Shown here: piece by piece, positions 1 to 37,954 of the stretch
Position numbering within the stretch: position 1 is the first letter of the stretch
How the letters are laid out: the number at the start of each line of letters is the position of its first letter
From: Phoronis australis
Taxonomy: Eukaryota; Animalia; Phoronida
Length of the DNA stretch: 64,000 nucleotides
Assembly (NCBI GenBank): GCA_002633005.1
Contig: NMRA01000244.1
Span: 41,866-105,865 of the forward strand
Reading direction: 5' to 3'
Notes under the pieces: generated by a model
The model's database searches: none
Told to the model about the DNA's origin: nothing
The model's input: only the letters and a program-made list of their open reading frames with translations
Program-made: the position numbers and the translations under genes

Positions 1-379
1 TAATGTCAAATTAAAGACAGATTAAAGAAACAAGTTTTTTCCAAGTCAAAATATCCTATCATGATATAAGTGAACTTAAAGTCTTCCGTATTATAGACAT
101 TGTGTAAAACAAAGAGTAAGGTTTCGTCAAAGATCAAATATGGCAGAACAGTAAAAATGTTATGTTATCAGAATTTTGAACAGAGTAAACAAGAAGACAA
201 TTATTTTACTTGTCTTGAAAATTGTACACAGTATTACTGTCATGAACAAACACACAATGAAATTTTGAACATTTTTGATAATGTAGAAAATAAATCTGAA
301 ACTAAATAAGGCAATCCAGATCCTCCCAAGGATATTATTGTTTCACGAAATGTAGAATATAAATAGGTAAATGAAACAA

Positions 380-568
380 CAAGAATGGATCAACTGAAAT
401 TTTCAGATATAATAATGTCCTTCGTCAACAGAAACAGAAAGTAAAATCAAACACTATATGACAATTGACATTCAAGATATCAATTGTCATATAGTGTTTG
501 ATTTTACTTTCTGTTTCTGTTGACGAAGGACATTATTATATCCGAAAATTTCAGTTGATCCATTCTTG
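380..568. repeat. Near-perfect inverted repeat (about 89 bp arms, 11 nt loop)
   Basis: 380-468 is the reverse complement of 480-568 with one mismatch. Confidence 0.92.
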
Positions 569-928
569 AAGTTTTGGCAATACATTTAATTTAAATGTTT
601 GAAAACTAAAAACTAAAATTTTGGCCATCATTTTTGCTCAAATTTTGAGACAACTTTACCGTTACAGCCTGACTAAACTTGATCACTGTAACAGTGAGCT
701 CACTGGTTATTGTCAGTGTAAAATTAAAATGTTCGTCGATATCCCGAGGAAAAAGAAAGACATGTAATCTACAAGAGCGAAGATCAACAAAATATAAATG
801 AACATTTTATCATAAAAATCGAAATGTTGAAACGCAATAACTTTTTTATGCTTTCATCAACAATCTGCAAAACCACTTAAATGAAAAAAATCAACTTTAA
901 TTGGATCATCCATAAAAAAACTTCCTAC

Positions 929-1102
929 CAAGTTGGCAAGTAGCTGTGATGCCAGCTCCATCTGGTGGTCACCCAAACAGTCCAATACATGCTCTAGACC
1001 AATGCTAACTATGGTATCCCATGATGCACACTGTCCAGTATGGTGTAGGTAGGCCTGGACTAGAGGTATGTTGGACATCAAGATGGCATCAGTAACAACA
1101 TC
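929..1102 (-). CDS. SPG11: SPG11 exon 9
   Basis: caccag|GAT GTT ... AAC TTG|gtagga; DVVTDAILMSNIPLVQAYL...ASQLLANL. Confidence 0.9.
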
Positions 1103-4100
1103 CTGGTGAATCAAAAAGGAATGACAAACAATACTTACAAAACATTCAATAAAATCTATCTTTGTCAAACATTAGTGAGAGCTATGGAGCAACTTTACAT
1201 GTTTCAGTAAATCCTCTAAATATGTGCCACCAAGTATTCGTCATCTTAACTTTTCTAGCTAAAATGTTTCAAATCACCAAAACATTTCAGTCTACTAGGG
1301 ATAATCTCGGTGTAGCTTTGCAATGTATTAAGTAATGTTCGATTGGTTTCCTAGACCTTATCGGTGAACAGTGCAAGATATTTTGTTAAGACATGGTATA
1401 AAGCATATTGAAAAACAACAGACAAGCGCCATGGTTACTAACAAACAACAGACAAGCACCATGGTTACTAACAAAGAAGTTGGGGTAATACACTCTATCT
1501 CTCTGAAAGTTCTACTGTATGACCATCAAATACCTATCAACAGCAAGGCGTCATATGCATGACTGTGCAGAATGTAGTCTATGGTTTACGGGAGAGTGTG
1601 TTGAGAGAATGTGAAAAGACAAAATTCACCGCTTTTATCCAGAGCTTTTTCATATCAAAAATATAAGAAAAAAAATATTTCTGATATTTTAACCCCATCA
1701 GTGTAAACACAAACACAAACACAAACACAAACACCAAAAGTTAAAGAATACACATTAAACTGTTGACGTGAGTAATTGTTGGAATATAAAATGTCAAAAC
1801 TTTCATACACTTTAGGGGTTACGGATCATGAAAGTGTACCTTTTGTACACCTCAGGGGTGAGCGGTTAAGAATGTGTACCCTCTGTACAAGTCTTGTGAA
1901 ATTGGTAATAGTTGTGAGCTGTCCCCGAAAAACTGTCTATTCACCTGTACTCTCATAGTTTTCCATTTGTCCACTATATCAGTGTAACCCTCGCTGACTG
2001 ACCACAAAGCATTTGACCCTGCAAACATCACTGACTGGACAGACGACCGTCTAGACGGCGTCTGTGACTGGGAAGGACTTCTGCCCCCACTCTTCAAGTC
2101 ACCTCTCAACTCTTCTATATAGTCTGTTAATGTGTTCAGGCAGGACTCAACTTCACCCTGTTCAAGAAATAGATCATATTATAGTACCACATGATGTGAT
2201 GTAATTCACTAACAATCTCTATTACATAGTACATCACCGAGTCCTGGGCTGCATTCCATAAATGCAAGAATCTTGCGAAAACGCCAGATCACGCAAGTGT
2301 TAGCAAAACAACCCATTGATTACAAATGAAGCACGCATCGATTACATTAAATTATCTTTTCTCGCGAGTGTTTTTCATTTTGAAAAGTAGCTCTAGCATG
2401 ACTCACCTATATTCACCATACTACAACAGACAGCAGAAATGTCTGGATCTCAATTAAGGTCACCTTTCAGTAACACCTTAAAGTGAATACTCAATAGTGA
2501 ACTATTTTTAACTCTACCACACAGAAAGTATGTTTCATCAGCAAAATTACCGTAACGGAGTTGAACTTTGGGTCGTTCGTCACCGAAAGTCTGTTGAGAG
2601 CAGCCACAGCATTTTGAACCAGAGTGTGAAGGTAGTTAAGGCTTATTTCCAGTAACTGGTCAGCGAATTGTTTGGCTGACCCATCAGCCATGCTGACCTT
2701 CACAGTAGACACCAACAGTTGGATAACTGGCAGAACTTGGTCAAATTCTGTGGTCACATGGGCGGTGTCTGGCAACTGATTGGCTGATGAAACTGGGGCC
2801 AAGTCGTGAGAGGAAGATGGTAACTGGCCATTAAAAACTGGAAATAGACATTCAGTAGGGGAACATTTTGTGAATAGAGCGTAATGAACACTTTTAAAGA
2901 GGAGCTCCAGTAAGATTTCATATTGTTTTAATTCTACAGGTGCAGATGTATTTTATAAAGTTATCATAGTCTCGTTGAGGAATTTGAAGCTACGTTGATT
3001 CAAAGTGCTAAGGTTTCAATCAAAAATGGAATTAAGACACTGTGTGCGCAACAACCTGTCGCATCAAGCTGTTCTTCCATAACTCGGTAAACTTGGAAAG
3101 CTTCCTCAGACATTTCAACAGGTTCGTGTAAGGCTAGACTCTTCAAAACATTATGGGTACACCACTGTCCCTTTCAGTACCCGAGACTAACGGTACAATC
3201 AGAAGGGGAACCCCTTACATTGAGCAACACCTACTGTTCTCACGGCTCTTCAAGAAGAACGCAACTGTATCCAGTTGTCGATGACGCAGACCGATCTCTA
3301 GAGCATGGACGGGGATAGAGCAACGATCCCATTGATTCAGTCGACAGAAGTAGTCAGCAAACGTAGCACTCTCAAACAGCATCATCTAAGAGAATACCAA
3401 GAGGAACAGTCTAAGGGTCAAGATATTGATCTACTAAATAAAAATTTCTAAATTTGACCGAGCTCGACAATGCATCACTTTATTTGATACTCCAGGTTTG
3501 AATTTCTTTTCCTTCCTATCCACTGCTTAGTTACCATGAAAAGGACTGGCAAATTCAATGACCTGCTTACCCTGTTGACCAAGTCCTCCTGAGAGTTGTC
3601 AATCAGTAGAGTGGAGAGTGTAGATGGCGCCACCAATAAGCAGGGAAAGTGGAGGTCAGGGCAGAGAATCACATAACAGTTACCCTGTAACCTGCACAAA
3701 ACGAAACACAGTGACACAGCTGGAGCAGGCAAGACTGCCAAAGGAATTGAATTGAAGTTAAACAAAAAATGATACAACCTAAAAAAGATTTAATGGAAGA
3801 GCATGGGCGTTGCAGCACTGAAAAAAGTGGGGGGCTAACGCCCCCTCAGCCCCCCTGCGGTGCACTACCTATCGGCCATGTGCAATGTAGCACTGAAAAA
3901 AGTGGAGGGCTATAGCCTCCCAGCCTCCTATGGTGCGCCGTACATGAGGAGGTACACATTTCAACATTTCACAATACTAAAAACTGAACAACAAAAGAAT
4001 CAGCCAAAAATGACAAGCCAAAATAGCTCATTGCCTAGGTTAAGTGCATTATAATTTGATCACAAAGGCAGGATTACGTTAAGACGTGTTTTGCTTAAAA

Positions 4101-7100
4101 CTCCTTCGAACTTAAATTAACATGAGTTGGCAAACAATCTTACAAAAAATGAAAATAAAACGTCTTAAAAAAAGACTATGTAACACACCTGTGATATTTC
4201 ACTGTAGTGCTTTTCAGGTCATAGGTCACCACGTAATCTACCTGACAGGTGTCGTCCTTACTTGAACACCAGATGAGTATATATGTCACACCTGCACACA
4301 CAGCAGTCACGTGACAATTTGAAAAGGTATCTCCCAGACACAGAGACATAACGGCACGATTAGGGCTTTTGTTAGATACACCAAGATGGAGCTTCCGGCG
4401 TAAACTAGGGCTGGCTCTTGAGACATTACGAGTCCGTTCCCTGCGCAAATCTGCTAAGTGATAGGTGGGGTCAATAATCCTGTCTTGAGCCGGCACCATA
4501 ACAAGAGTGGAGTCAGCAGACAAACCCATACTAGAGCACCATCTATTGGGCGCCAGGCTCCTGCCCATCTGCCCAGCGTGATGATGTGTTAGCTCCCCTT
4601 GCCAAAAGGAGTCGCTGTCACTGCTTGTCGTCATCGAAGTCTTTACAACCACACGGAGCTGGTTATGCATTTGGGCAGTTTTACTTGAGAGCTTGTGTAA
4701 AGGGAATTTGTCAAAGTATTTGTCAATGTCTACCATATGAATGGTACTGCCACACTGTAGTATAACACTCTTGAGATCCTTTGTGATGTCAAAGCAATCA
4801 ATGTTAGAGATGGTAGACTCATAGTGTTGACAAAACGCCATGGTATCTATCAACCCTTGACACTTACCAGAACTGGTATTGTAAATTGCTGATGTGCTCG
4901 GTTAAGAAAAATTACAACGGAAAGCAAATGAAATATGAGAAATCACAGTCAATAATTAATAACCTAAATTACACTAAGACTACTTTGTCATTCCAGTGCA
5001 CAATTTGATGCTTTTGTGTCCTCAGTTTCAATTCCAATCTTCAAACACTGGACAAAATAATACAGTGACAGGGCTCGACACTTAACATACTGGCCAGTCA
5101 AACTTTTTTGTTGACTGGTGCTCGGTAATGACCAGTTCCACTCTTGGGTCCAATATAAAAGCCAGTTCACCTCCTGGGGCAATTATAGCAAACAATTGGC
5201 ACACGTTACCTGATCTGACCAAGTCACCAAATTGAGATAAGATTTGGTAGTTACATATACTTCTGTCACCATTTGATTAAACAATAATATTCAATGCTTT
5301 TGGCATGATTGTATTGCCCAGAGAATTGGGACAGGTGAACACCAGTTCTCATCAGAGGACTCCAATTTGTGACATCCAGAATAGTTAACGCCCAAGTCTG
5401 AATGTAACCCGTTCTTGTAGACATGAGACAGTAAGCAGTCGCTAGAGCTGTGTGGGCAGTCAGTACAGGTAGAGCTGTGTGGGCAGTCAGTACAGGTTGA
5501 ATAAGCTCATTAAAGGATACAGATTACATCACTGAGGTCCATGGTGAACAGAAGGTGGTCAACAGTAACAATCTGTCTAGACTCCTCCTTCAAAGTTATT
5601 ACAGAGTCGATGGTGGGTGGGTGTGTCTGTGACATGGAGAGGCGGGCCACATGTCTGTCATTGATTGACATCATGACAGACGAACCAGTGAATTGCAGTA
5701 AAGATATATTGCACAGTGCAGACAACTCTGAAACAGAAACGATAGGTTCAATCAACAGGCTTGCAACACTGGGGAGGAGATGTGAGATAGTGTAAGACAG
5801 GAGAGGGGTTGTGAGATTGTGCCTGTCAGTAACACAAAGGGGGTTGTGAGATTGAGCCTGTCAGTAACACAAGGGAGGGGTTGTGAGATTGAGCCTGTCA
5901 GTAATACAAGGGAGGGGTTGAGAGATTGAGCCTGTCAGTAACACAAGAGAGAGGCTGTGAGATAGTGCCTCTCAGTAACACTGGGGAGAGACAGTGAGAT
6001 AGCGCTTCTCAAAAACATGGCACCAATTCACTCTTGCTGACTTGTGATGGAGCAAATTCTAACTCCATTAAAAAAAATAATTGCAGGCGGTCTGATACAC
6101 GTTGTATCAGACGTGCGCAGGCCTCGCATGTGGGCCCATTGCACTGATCACCTGGAAATATTTTTCTGCTTTACTGATATATGGTTAAAACCGAGCTGAG
6201 GAGCTAAAAACCTGGCTCAAGGGTTTAGCAGTGTGACCTGGTGGGACATGAACCCACAACCTCGTGTAAAGAAAGCGGGCACAAGCAGGCCACACCGCCT
6301 CCTCAAAACCCCATTAACCAAGCTAAACACTTTTATACTAAAATCTGAGTTTGATAGTTAGTTCAACCACAACAATGCATTAAAGACATTCTCCACTTTG
6401 TTGCTTGATTAGTTCACCTTATGAACGACCTTATCAAATCTATAGATTCAACCAAATATCTACAAAACTTTAAAATTTGACTCAACAATAGTATATATTT
6501 TCTGAAAATAGAAACTCCGTAGAATTTGATTTTTGATTTTATACCTATCTGCCGCTAAATTAAGTAACCTAACCTTGGCTTTTTAGGTAAATTTAGCAAA
6601 AAGAAAGGTACATTCATAGCAAAACAAAAGTACCTATAACATGACCAAATTTCGGATAATATAAATTTTCAAGATAAAATCTCAAAAGTGCTACCTAACA
6701 GTTTTCTGAATTATCGTTTCATTTTTTCAACTGCAACTTTGTTTTTTTCATAAAACTCACATAAATCCCATTTTTGGTAGCCCCTCATGCAAAAGTGGAC
6801 TATTTTAAAAACAATTTTTCACAGCGTTTTAGAGAACAGAGTATAAAGCACATTATCCGGAGCCTCGTGTGAATCTGATCGGCCATTTCTGAGATACTAT
6901 GTTCCAATGTTGACCAAAATTGGACATATTTCTAGAGTCCTACATGACCTTACCAACAATTGGTTAAAAGTGGTTTTTGATAAAGGGGTTTGTGAAAATT
7001 ATTCAACCCGTATAAGCAGACAGGTTCATGGCAAGAATTACTCTCAACTTTGATAATTACCAATATCATGGTCAGCTATGAGGCTTCTTAACTTTGACTG

Positions 7101-9209
7101 AGAACAAGACGCTGTACACTCTAAGACTTGGGTGATAGCTGATCCTTCTTTTCCATGGTATGTTTGGCACAGCTGGTACGTAAGCTCAAACACTGACACG
7201 CTGCCATCCTTTGTCAGACAACAGAGTTGTGGTGAAAGTAAGACATCATCAGTAGTATCCACAGATTTCCAGATGACACTGAAAACCAAATATAACATGA
7301 ATGCATCATTAGAATGCAACATGCAGACTAATTACTTATCTCTGTAATTGCTTGGCCAAATTAGTAAGAAACACAACATATAGCGATGATGTGAATATGA
7401 AGTAGCTTGAAAATTGCTAAATGTTTTTAAGTATGAGTTTTGTGACAAAAATGACCGCCGCAAGTCATTGAACCACGTCCAGTAAGTATCGTGATATGGT
7501 GCTGAGGAATAACACTACACGATGCGGGCCAGGGTCAGAGCCTGTGAGGTACGTCTTTAGTGCAAAGGTCACCTATGTCTAGATGTTTTGTTTTCACATT
7601 TACAATTTGTCAATAGCTGCACTTTCTTTAATGTAGATTATTTTAATGTAGCATTGCCATTAGGTTCGTGCTACATATTAGCATTAGCATAGTTAGGAGC
7701 ATGTAAATACATCGTTCATGTATCTTTAGCAGAAGCTGTGTAAAGTGTGCCTTGATATACTCCAGTATACCAGTCAATTCACCTTCAAGTCGGTAACTGG
7801 TCATTTTACATTGCACGCACTCTTATTTTTACATTGCGAGCAATCCTGGTGAAGGCAGTGTAAAAATGGCCAGTTCTCGATTTGGGAAACTGAACGAGGA
7901 ATTGCTCGAACAAAGTTTAATAATTTCGGTAGTGTTTGTTCAAGTTGGAAGGAATAAGACATCAACGGCCACCTACGGTGTCCCTCTATGCACAAAAGAT
8001 ACTAATTAATAGCAATGTGACTTTGATGTTTTAAACAGTGTGGGGCATAATTTGCTGAAAAGCTTCCAGCATATGAAGCGCCTATAGGAGCATCACCGTC
8101 TTTACTGGGGGCCAGTTGAGACGGTATTCACTGTCTAAACTATCAGTACTGTCACTATGTGCACCTTTCAAGGCATAGATACCTATTGTGGCAGTGTCTT
8201 TATACCTTACGAATTGGAACAAATGCTCTCGCAATCAACAGTTTCCCTGAGAATGTTTATAGTCAATGTGCTGGAGACCAAATGGAAACATACAGAGGGT
8301 CAGAGAGAGGTCACCAGTCTGCCAGCCATGCCAAGAGAAGACACCACAGACAGAAGAGCTGTCGGCAAGAATAGAAGATGATCCCACTGTGCCCTGCATT
8401 ATAAACTGACATTCATCCACATTTGAAGTACAGAAGTAGCCTATCTCTGAGCCATTTGTAGCATTAAGGTTGCATGCTATTTATCACCTTATTTGGCTTC
8501 TGCTCCACTGCACTGTACATAGTTCCTTCAATCATGAACGGACCAGAACTTAAAAAATTAGTTCGCAGACTCCCACACACATATCTCATGGGTGTCACAA
8601 TGCTGCATCAGTACTCTGCTTATCAAGCGGTCGTGCACTAGTACTAAAAAAGTAAGGATCCAGACACAGAACACCACTCACTGACTGCCCAATGGTCAAT
8701 ACAGTGTTGAGTGAACTTAATTTAGAGTTGGAAACTACATAACTTTCGTGGGAGCAACTACCCGTCCGTTAAGTCAGTAACATGTCGAGTAGTAGGCTAC
8801 AAAGTTTCTTTCGAGATAATGTTTGGTACTTTGGTGGGTGGTGTTCCATGCTTAGCGGTCAATGAGGTATTTTAACTGTGCTGCGTTGATTGGGACCGTG
8901 AATGCGACATCAGAGTTCAGGCAGCCCGAGTCATTCCAATGTTTAGTTGTAAATTTTGATTTCTTTACGCCGATTAGGAATACGTTACCACTCCAGTCGT
9001 TACCTTTGAATGTCCTGCAACACGTTCATCAATATAAAGCCACCAGGGATGTTTAGTAGACCAACAGATCCGTCTTTTAGTAGAAGGCTTACTATACCAT
9101 AACATTTCGAGCAAGATGCGCTCAGGACGTCTTTTTTATTCACACTATCTTTAAGTTTTTGGAGTACAATCTCCACGCACTCTCTGGACAACGCCATGTC
9201 CTTGATCAT
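929..9209 (-). CDS. SPG11: Spatacsin (SPG11) gene, 5' portion: 9 coding exons, continues beyond the window start
   Basis: Spliced exons with consistent phases. Peptides match recalled human spatacsin: CRLNQWDRCSIPVHALEIGLRHRQLDTVAFFLKSRE ~ CHLNGWGRCSIPIHALEAGIENRQLDTVNFFLKSKE; KQFADQLLEISLNYL ~ KHFSEQLLNLTLSFL; VVTDAILMSNIP ~ VIASAILNNKIP. Confidence 0.93.
1945..2157 (-). CDS. SPG11: SPG11 exon 8
   Basis: gaacag|GGT GAA ... GTA CAG|gtgaat; LNTLTDYIEELR ~ human VNILTSYINELR. Confidence 0.88.
2551..2837 (-). CDS. SPG11: SPG11 exon 7
   Basis: tttccag|TT TTT AAT ... GTT ACG|gtaatt; VLPVIQLLVSTVK...KQFADQLL. Confidence 0.9.
3235..3385 (-). CDS. SPG11: SPG11 exon 6 (not in the ORF track)
   Basis: ctcttag|ATG ATG CTG ... 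AAC A|gtaggt; encodes MMLFESATFADYFCRLNQWDRCSIPVHALEIGLRHRQLDTVAFFLKSREN, highly conserved. Confidence 0.92.
3571..3691 (-). CDS. SPG11: SPG11 exon 5
   Basis: tttgtgcag|G TTA CAG ... AAC AGG|gtaagc; SQEDLVNR ~ human TQEEFLNR. Confidence 0.88.
3802..3946. mobile_element. Two tandem short MITE-like units (CATGGGCG.../GGGGGGC...CCCCCC type)
   Basis: gcactgaaaaaagtgg(g/a)gggcta occurs twice; internal G/C-run hairpins. Confidence 0.4.
4189..4888 (-). CDS. SPG11: SPG11 exon 4 (700 nt)
   Basis: Long ORF 4176-4853 plus upstream extension; ends CAC AG|gtgtgt; phases consistent. Confidence 0.88.
4889..5520 (-). other. U12-type (minor spliceosome) GT-AG intron of SPG11
   Basis: 5' splice site GTATCCTTT; branch site TTTTCTTAAC about 10 nt before the AG; no polypyrimidine tract; reading frame preserved (DVI-S-IYNTSSG). 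Confidence 0.85.
5521..5727 (-). CDS. SPG11: SPG11 exon 3
   Basis: gtttctgtttcag|AG TTG TCT; ends ATC T|gtatccttt (U12 donor). Confidence 0.82.
5801..6000. repeat. Minisatellite, about 37 bp unit, about 5 copies
   Basis: gaggggttgtgagattgagcctgtcagtaacacaag repeated with decay. Confidence 0.85.
6068..6300 (-). mobile_element. Possible tRNA-derived SINE
   Basis: Minus strand starts ggcggtgtggcc, has a B-box-like gggttcatgtccc and ends in a T-rich tail. Confidence 0.35.
6400..6960 (-). mobile_element. Dispersed repeat family A, copy 1 (probable non-autonomous DNA transposon)
   Basis: Reverse complement resembles 16970-17480 and 19250-19570 (aaatgtccaaatttgg...tctcagaaatgg...aaatttggtcat). 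Confidence 0.6.
7061..7278 (-). CDS. SPG11: SPG11 exon 2
   Basis: ttttcag|T GTC ATC TGG ... GAT ATT G|gtaatt; ASCSQSKLRSLIADHDI ~ human YSCSREALQKLIDDQDI. Confidence 0.85.
7335..7702 (+). mobile_element. Dispersed repeat family B, copy 1
   Basis: Colinear with 62434-62737 (cttatctctgt.attgcttgg.caaattagt...gcaaaggtcacctat...ttagcatagttaggagcat). Confidence 0.85.
9004..9209 (-). CDS. SPG11: SPG11 coding exon 1 (start at 9209, or 9197 MALSRE...)
   Basis: ORF MIKDMALSRECVEIVLQKL...; donor AG|GTAAC, phase 2 matches the next exon. Confidence 0.75.
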
Positions 9210-9299
9210 ATGATAACTGACCTCTTTTGGGGTAAAAATAAGCGAACCTGGCGCACGTAATCAGAACTAATATCTGATTCCAGTCGTGGGGCTCCGGCG

Positions 9300-9960
9300 T
9301 TCCGGCCGGTCTGCGTTATCCAACACCCGGCATCGTGCAGCCTACACCGCTTGTGTTCTCTTATGGGCATAACTCAGTGGCCGGTGACGGACTTCATGCT
9401 AGGTGGACGCGATCGAGAAGAAAAATACCGTCAGCATGCCGTTTGCAGGACTTACGCGGAGATTTCCGTCAATGATCAATTGTTTAAATTAATGAAGTTC
9501 TTGATTGGCATCCACAGTTGAATTCAAACATTTAATTTGATATGTTTGGCTGAAAGTTTTAGTCTAGTCGCAACCGGTTACGCGCCGACTCTTCATTGAG
9601 GCCGTCTTATGGTACAGAGATGCTTTGATCAATTCTGGGATCAATTCAATCAAGCTTTCCATGGCACCGGCAGCAGTACAGCGCACGTTTACTTCAGTTT
9701 TCAACTAGGCTAATGCCCTTGAGTTTTCACAATGGAAAATGTTATCAACATATGTTTTTCGTCATTATTTCGGCGGCTCTTCAGTTCTCGAGGGTTATCC
9801 AATTTTCCTCAACGGACTTCAAATTTTCACCTGCGGACCCCGACGGTTACTCGCGATATGCCATATCCCACACTTTTCATTTCTGGCCTCGAGAGTTAGT
9901 TGGCACTTAGAACAGGTGGCACTGAGTGACTCCTCTGAAACCTGTATTTGGTGAGCCATT
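9300..9960 (-). pseudogene. Possible decayed LINE ORF1-like remnant (Cys-rich start, esterase-like end)
   Basis: Broken frames MAHQIQVSEESLSATCSKCQL... and ...QLIIDGNLR...FFLLDRVHLA resemble CR1/L2 ORF1 with a GDSL-like DxxH motif; multiple stops. Confidence 0.3.
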
Positions 9961-12073
9961 GAGGACAAAACCGTTCATGTGAAAATACGAGGCCACGCGA
10001 CCGCTATACCACTAAACTGAACTTGAGTTTTGAAAATCTGACACGTTAGAAGCCGTTGGGACATTTTTCACTGAGTCCAGTCGAAACTTAATGGCAACGT
10101 TCGCGACAGCATCCTACTCATGCAACGTACGGGCCCGGCGGGGTTGTGAACTGCCGTCACACACGACTTCAAAGCAGGTCCGCCGTACGTATGAAGTGGG
10201 TGCTCCCGGCTCCCCCACTGAATTCTAACACATGACGGCGACATCCCGTTGCTCCCAACTTGTTCGATTCTATATAGCCCATGATGAACAAGTTCGGAAG
10301 TTTACCTACTGGTAGCCAATATCTTACACGACTAATTAACTCTATTCTGGCATTTATCAGTGGTTGGAGGGCCTGCGCTCTTTTGTTCGATAATTGCTCT
10401 AATCTCAGATCAGATCGTACAGTATCTAGACTGACTGGGCTGGGCTAATAAAAATGAAAGTTAAGTTGTAACATATTTGAGCTTAAAACAATAGCATTTC
10501 TGAATTCCTCGTCAAAGGCTGCATGATGACGTTCCTTTTTTGAATCACCAAAATCGCCCAACTACAACAGCTAGTTAAGACAATCTATTCTGTCTAAATG
10601 GACTCACTGGGTTTGACTGCAGTGTGTTCATACGCATTCGCCGGTAATAGCGTGCAACCACCATACGTTTCCTTTGAAGCCTGGGAGATAATTGGCCTGC
10701 TTGTTATCATACGGGAAAAAAGACTGAGCTGGGCAGTTAAAAAAGAGCCAGATGTTATCCGGCACGTTCAGCGCCCATCACGTCTGGAAAAGTTACTGAA
10801 CGACAGAACGCTGTGATGATGAAGTCGTCACTTCACTGTGAAATCGCGAAGTCCCGGCGGCAGTGCGATAGCCGGGCATGGGGCAGTTGAGAAGCACAGC
10901 GAAACACGTAAATACACGCCTTCAAAAAGTCCGAGAAAGCTTCTTCTACACAGACTATCCAGAACACTCCGCTATTCAGGCGTTACTTCAGTGAACTATA
11001 ACTGTGCATATACACGCTCAACTGAATATCTGTTATCCTACTGAACCCCAAGCAGCATTCCAGTTCTACTGAACCCCAATTAAGCAACCTTCCCCTCACG
11101 GTTTCTGGATTTGGTCGCCACTCAAGTGCATTAGGGGCTCGGATGTGAACAACCGGGATTTTAAAAAGCCAGAGAGTGTACTNCCAGTCCCCCATTTGGC
11201 GAAGTGGGTGAAAAAGGTCCGCCTCCGGAGACAAAAAGTCCGGGAAAATGGGACCGTCAGTCCCGTACTGAACAAGCACAAACACGCAAATCACAGTGGT
11301 GCTTCCGTTTTTTTTTGTTTTTTTTTATTTTTAGTCCACCCGATCCGTTTGTTGAAAGGGTCCGCAACGTCATGTAGGAATTCAAACCCCTCCCTGGTAG
11401 GCTGCCGTGGGTGCGTGCATGTAAGGACACTCAACAGCGCCTTTTTCAACTAAGCATATGGCTCTTGCTAATAAAATGTCTCATATAGACATCATATAGT
11501 ATTCAAGATGTGGCCTGAACTTTGAGTGATTACAACGCGGCGATGACCCCAACCAGGGAAGTTGAATTTTGGTCACCGAGGGAACGAAATTATAACTACA
11601 AAATTTTCAGTCGGATGCTACTCCCCGTATTTTCAGTTCCGGATTTCACAGCCCGTCGAAGGAGTTTTTTACGTTTGATACCCCACAAAGGGGTTTTGGC
11701 AACCAAACAGTGAATTTCATCAAAAGATACAGAACAAATCTAAGCTTTAAACGCACACGCGTAACGTGTTCCGGTCCAACAAGTGACCTTTCTACATTAA
11801 GTCTTGTCACTAGTTGAAACCCGCCATGTCCTCCGGCTCATTTGCAGCACCCGTTTTCTGCCCTATCACTATCAGCATTTTTCCTTTCATCGCGGTCACA
11901 ATCTAATTCTTCAATTAGCTTTTGTTATTTCTGAATTTTTTCTCAATGTTTTTGTTGGGATTATATCTATAAATATGACAGATACCAATTTGATCTGAGT
12001 TTGCGTTGGACTCAGTCAGTCCTAACACCTAAGAAGACTGCAGGTTGTGCTCATTGTGTCAACAGGTGCAACG

Positions 12074-12112
12074 CTTCCCATAATGCACAACAATGCGAAT
12101 ACGCATGCGCAT
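12074..12112 (+). promoter_or_regulatory. SRPK proximal promoter motifs: ZNF143/Staf site and NRF-1 site
   Basis: CTTCCCATAATGCAC (12074-12088) and ACGCATGCGCAT (12101-12112), 30-70 nt upstream of the ATG. Confidence 0.6.
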
Positions 12113-12143
12113 AGTTTAAGTGACAAACTTGAAGTTTTGAGCC

Positions 12144-37782
<25,639 letters not shown>

Positions 37783-37948
37783 TAAGAAGATAATTGACAA
37801 CATTCTGTGGCTATTTGATATGTTTCATGGTTGCTAGGCAACTGACTTTTCTACAATTGTGTACATACAGTGTTGCGCATGTCCACCTTGTTATGAAGTG
37901 TCCACTTATTTCATTGTTAGTCACCATGTTAAGTAAAAAGTGATACAG

Positions 37949-37954
37949 AATAAA
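37949..37954 (+). terminator. Candidate polyadenylation signal of SRPK
   Basis: AATAAA about 165 nt after the stop, followed by GT-rich repeats. Confidence 0.45.

Noticed and set aside
5728-5770. Alternative SPG11 exon 3 acceptor at 5769-5770 (tctcctccccag)
   Set aside because: Wrong phase for the exon 2 donor (gives a stop within 6 codons); the acceptor at 5728-5729 fits both frame and homology.
8080-8420. Overlapping short ORFs with a faint RTE-type LINE resemblance (NSF.LR...VLETKWK)
   Set aside because: Too degenerate to call; no intact RT motif. Not a host exon, since SPG11 exons 1 and 2 join in phase without it.
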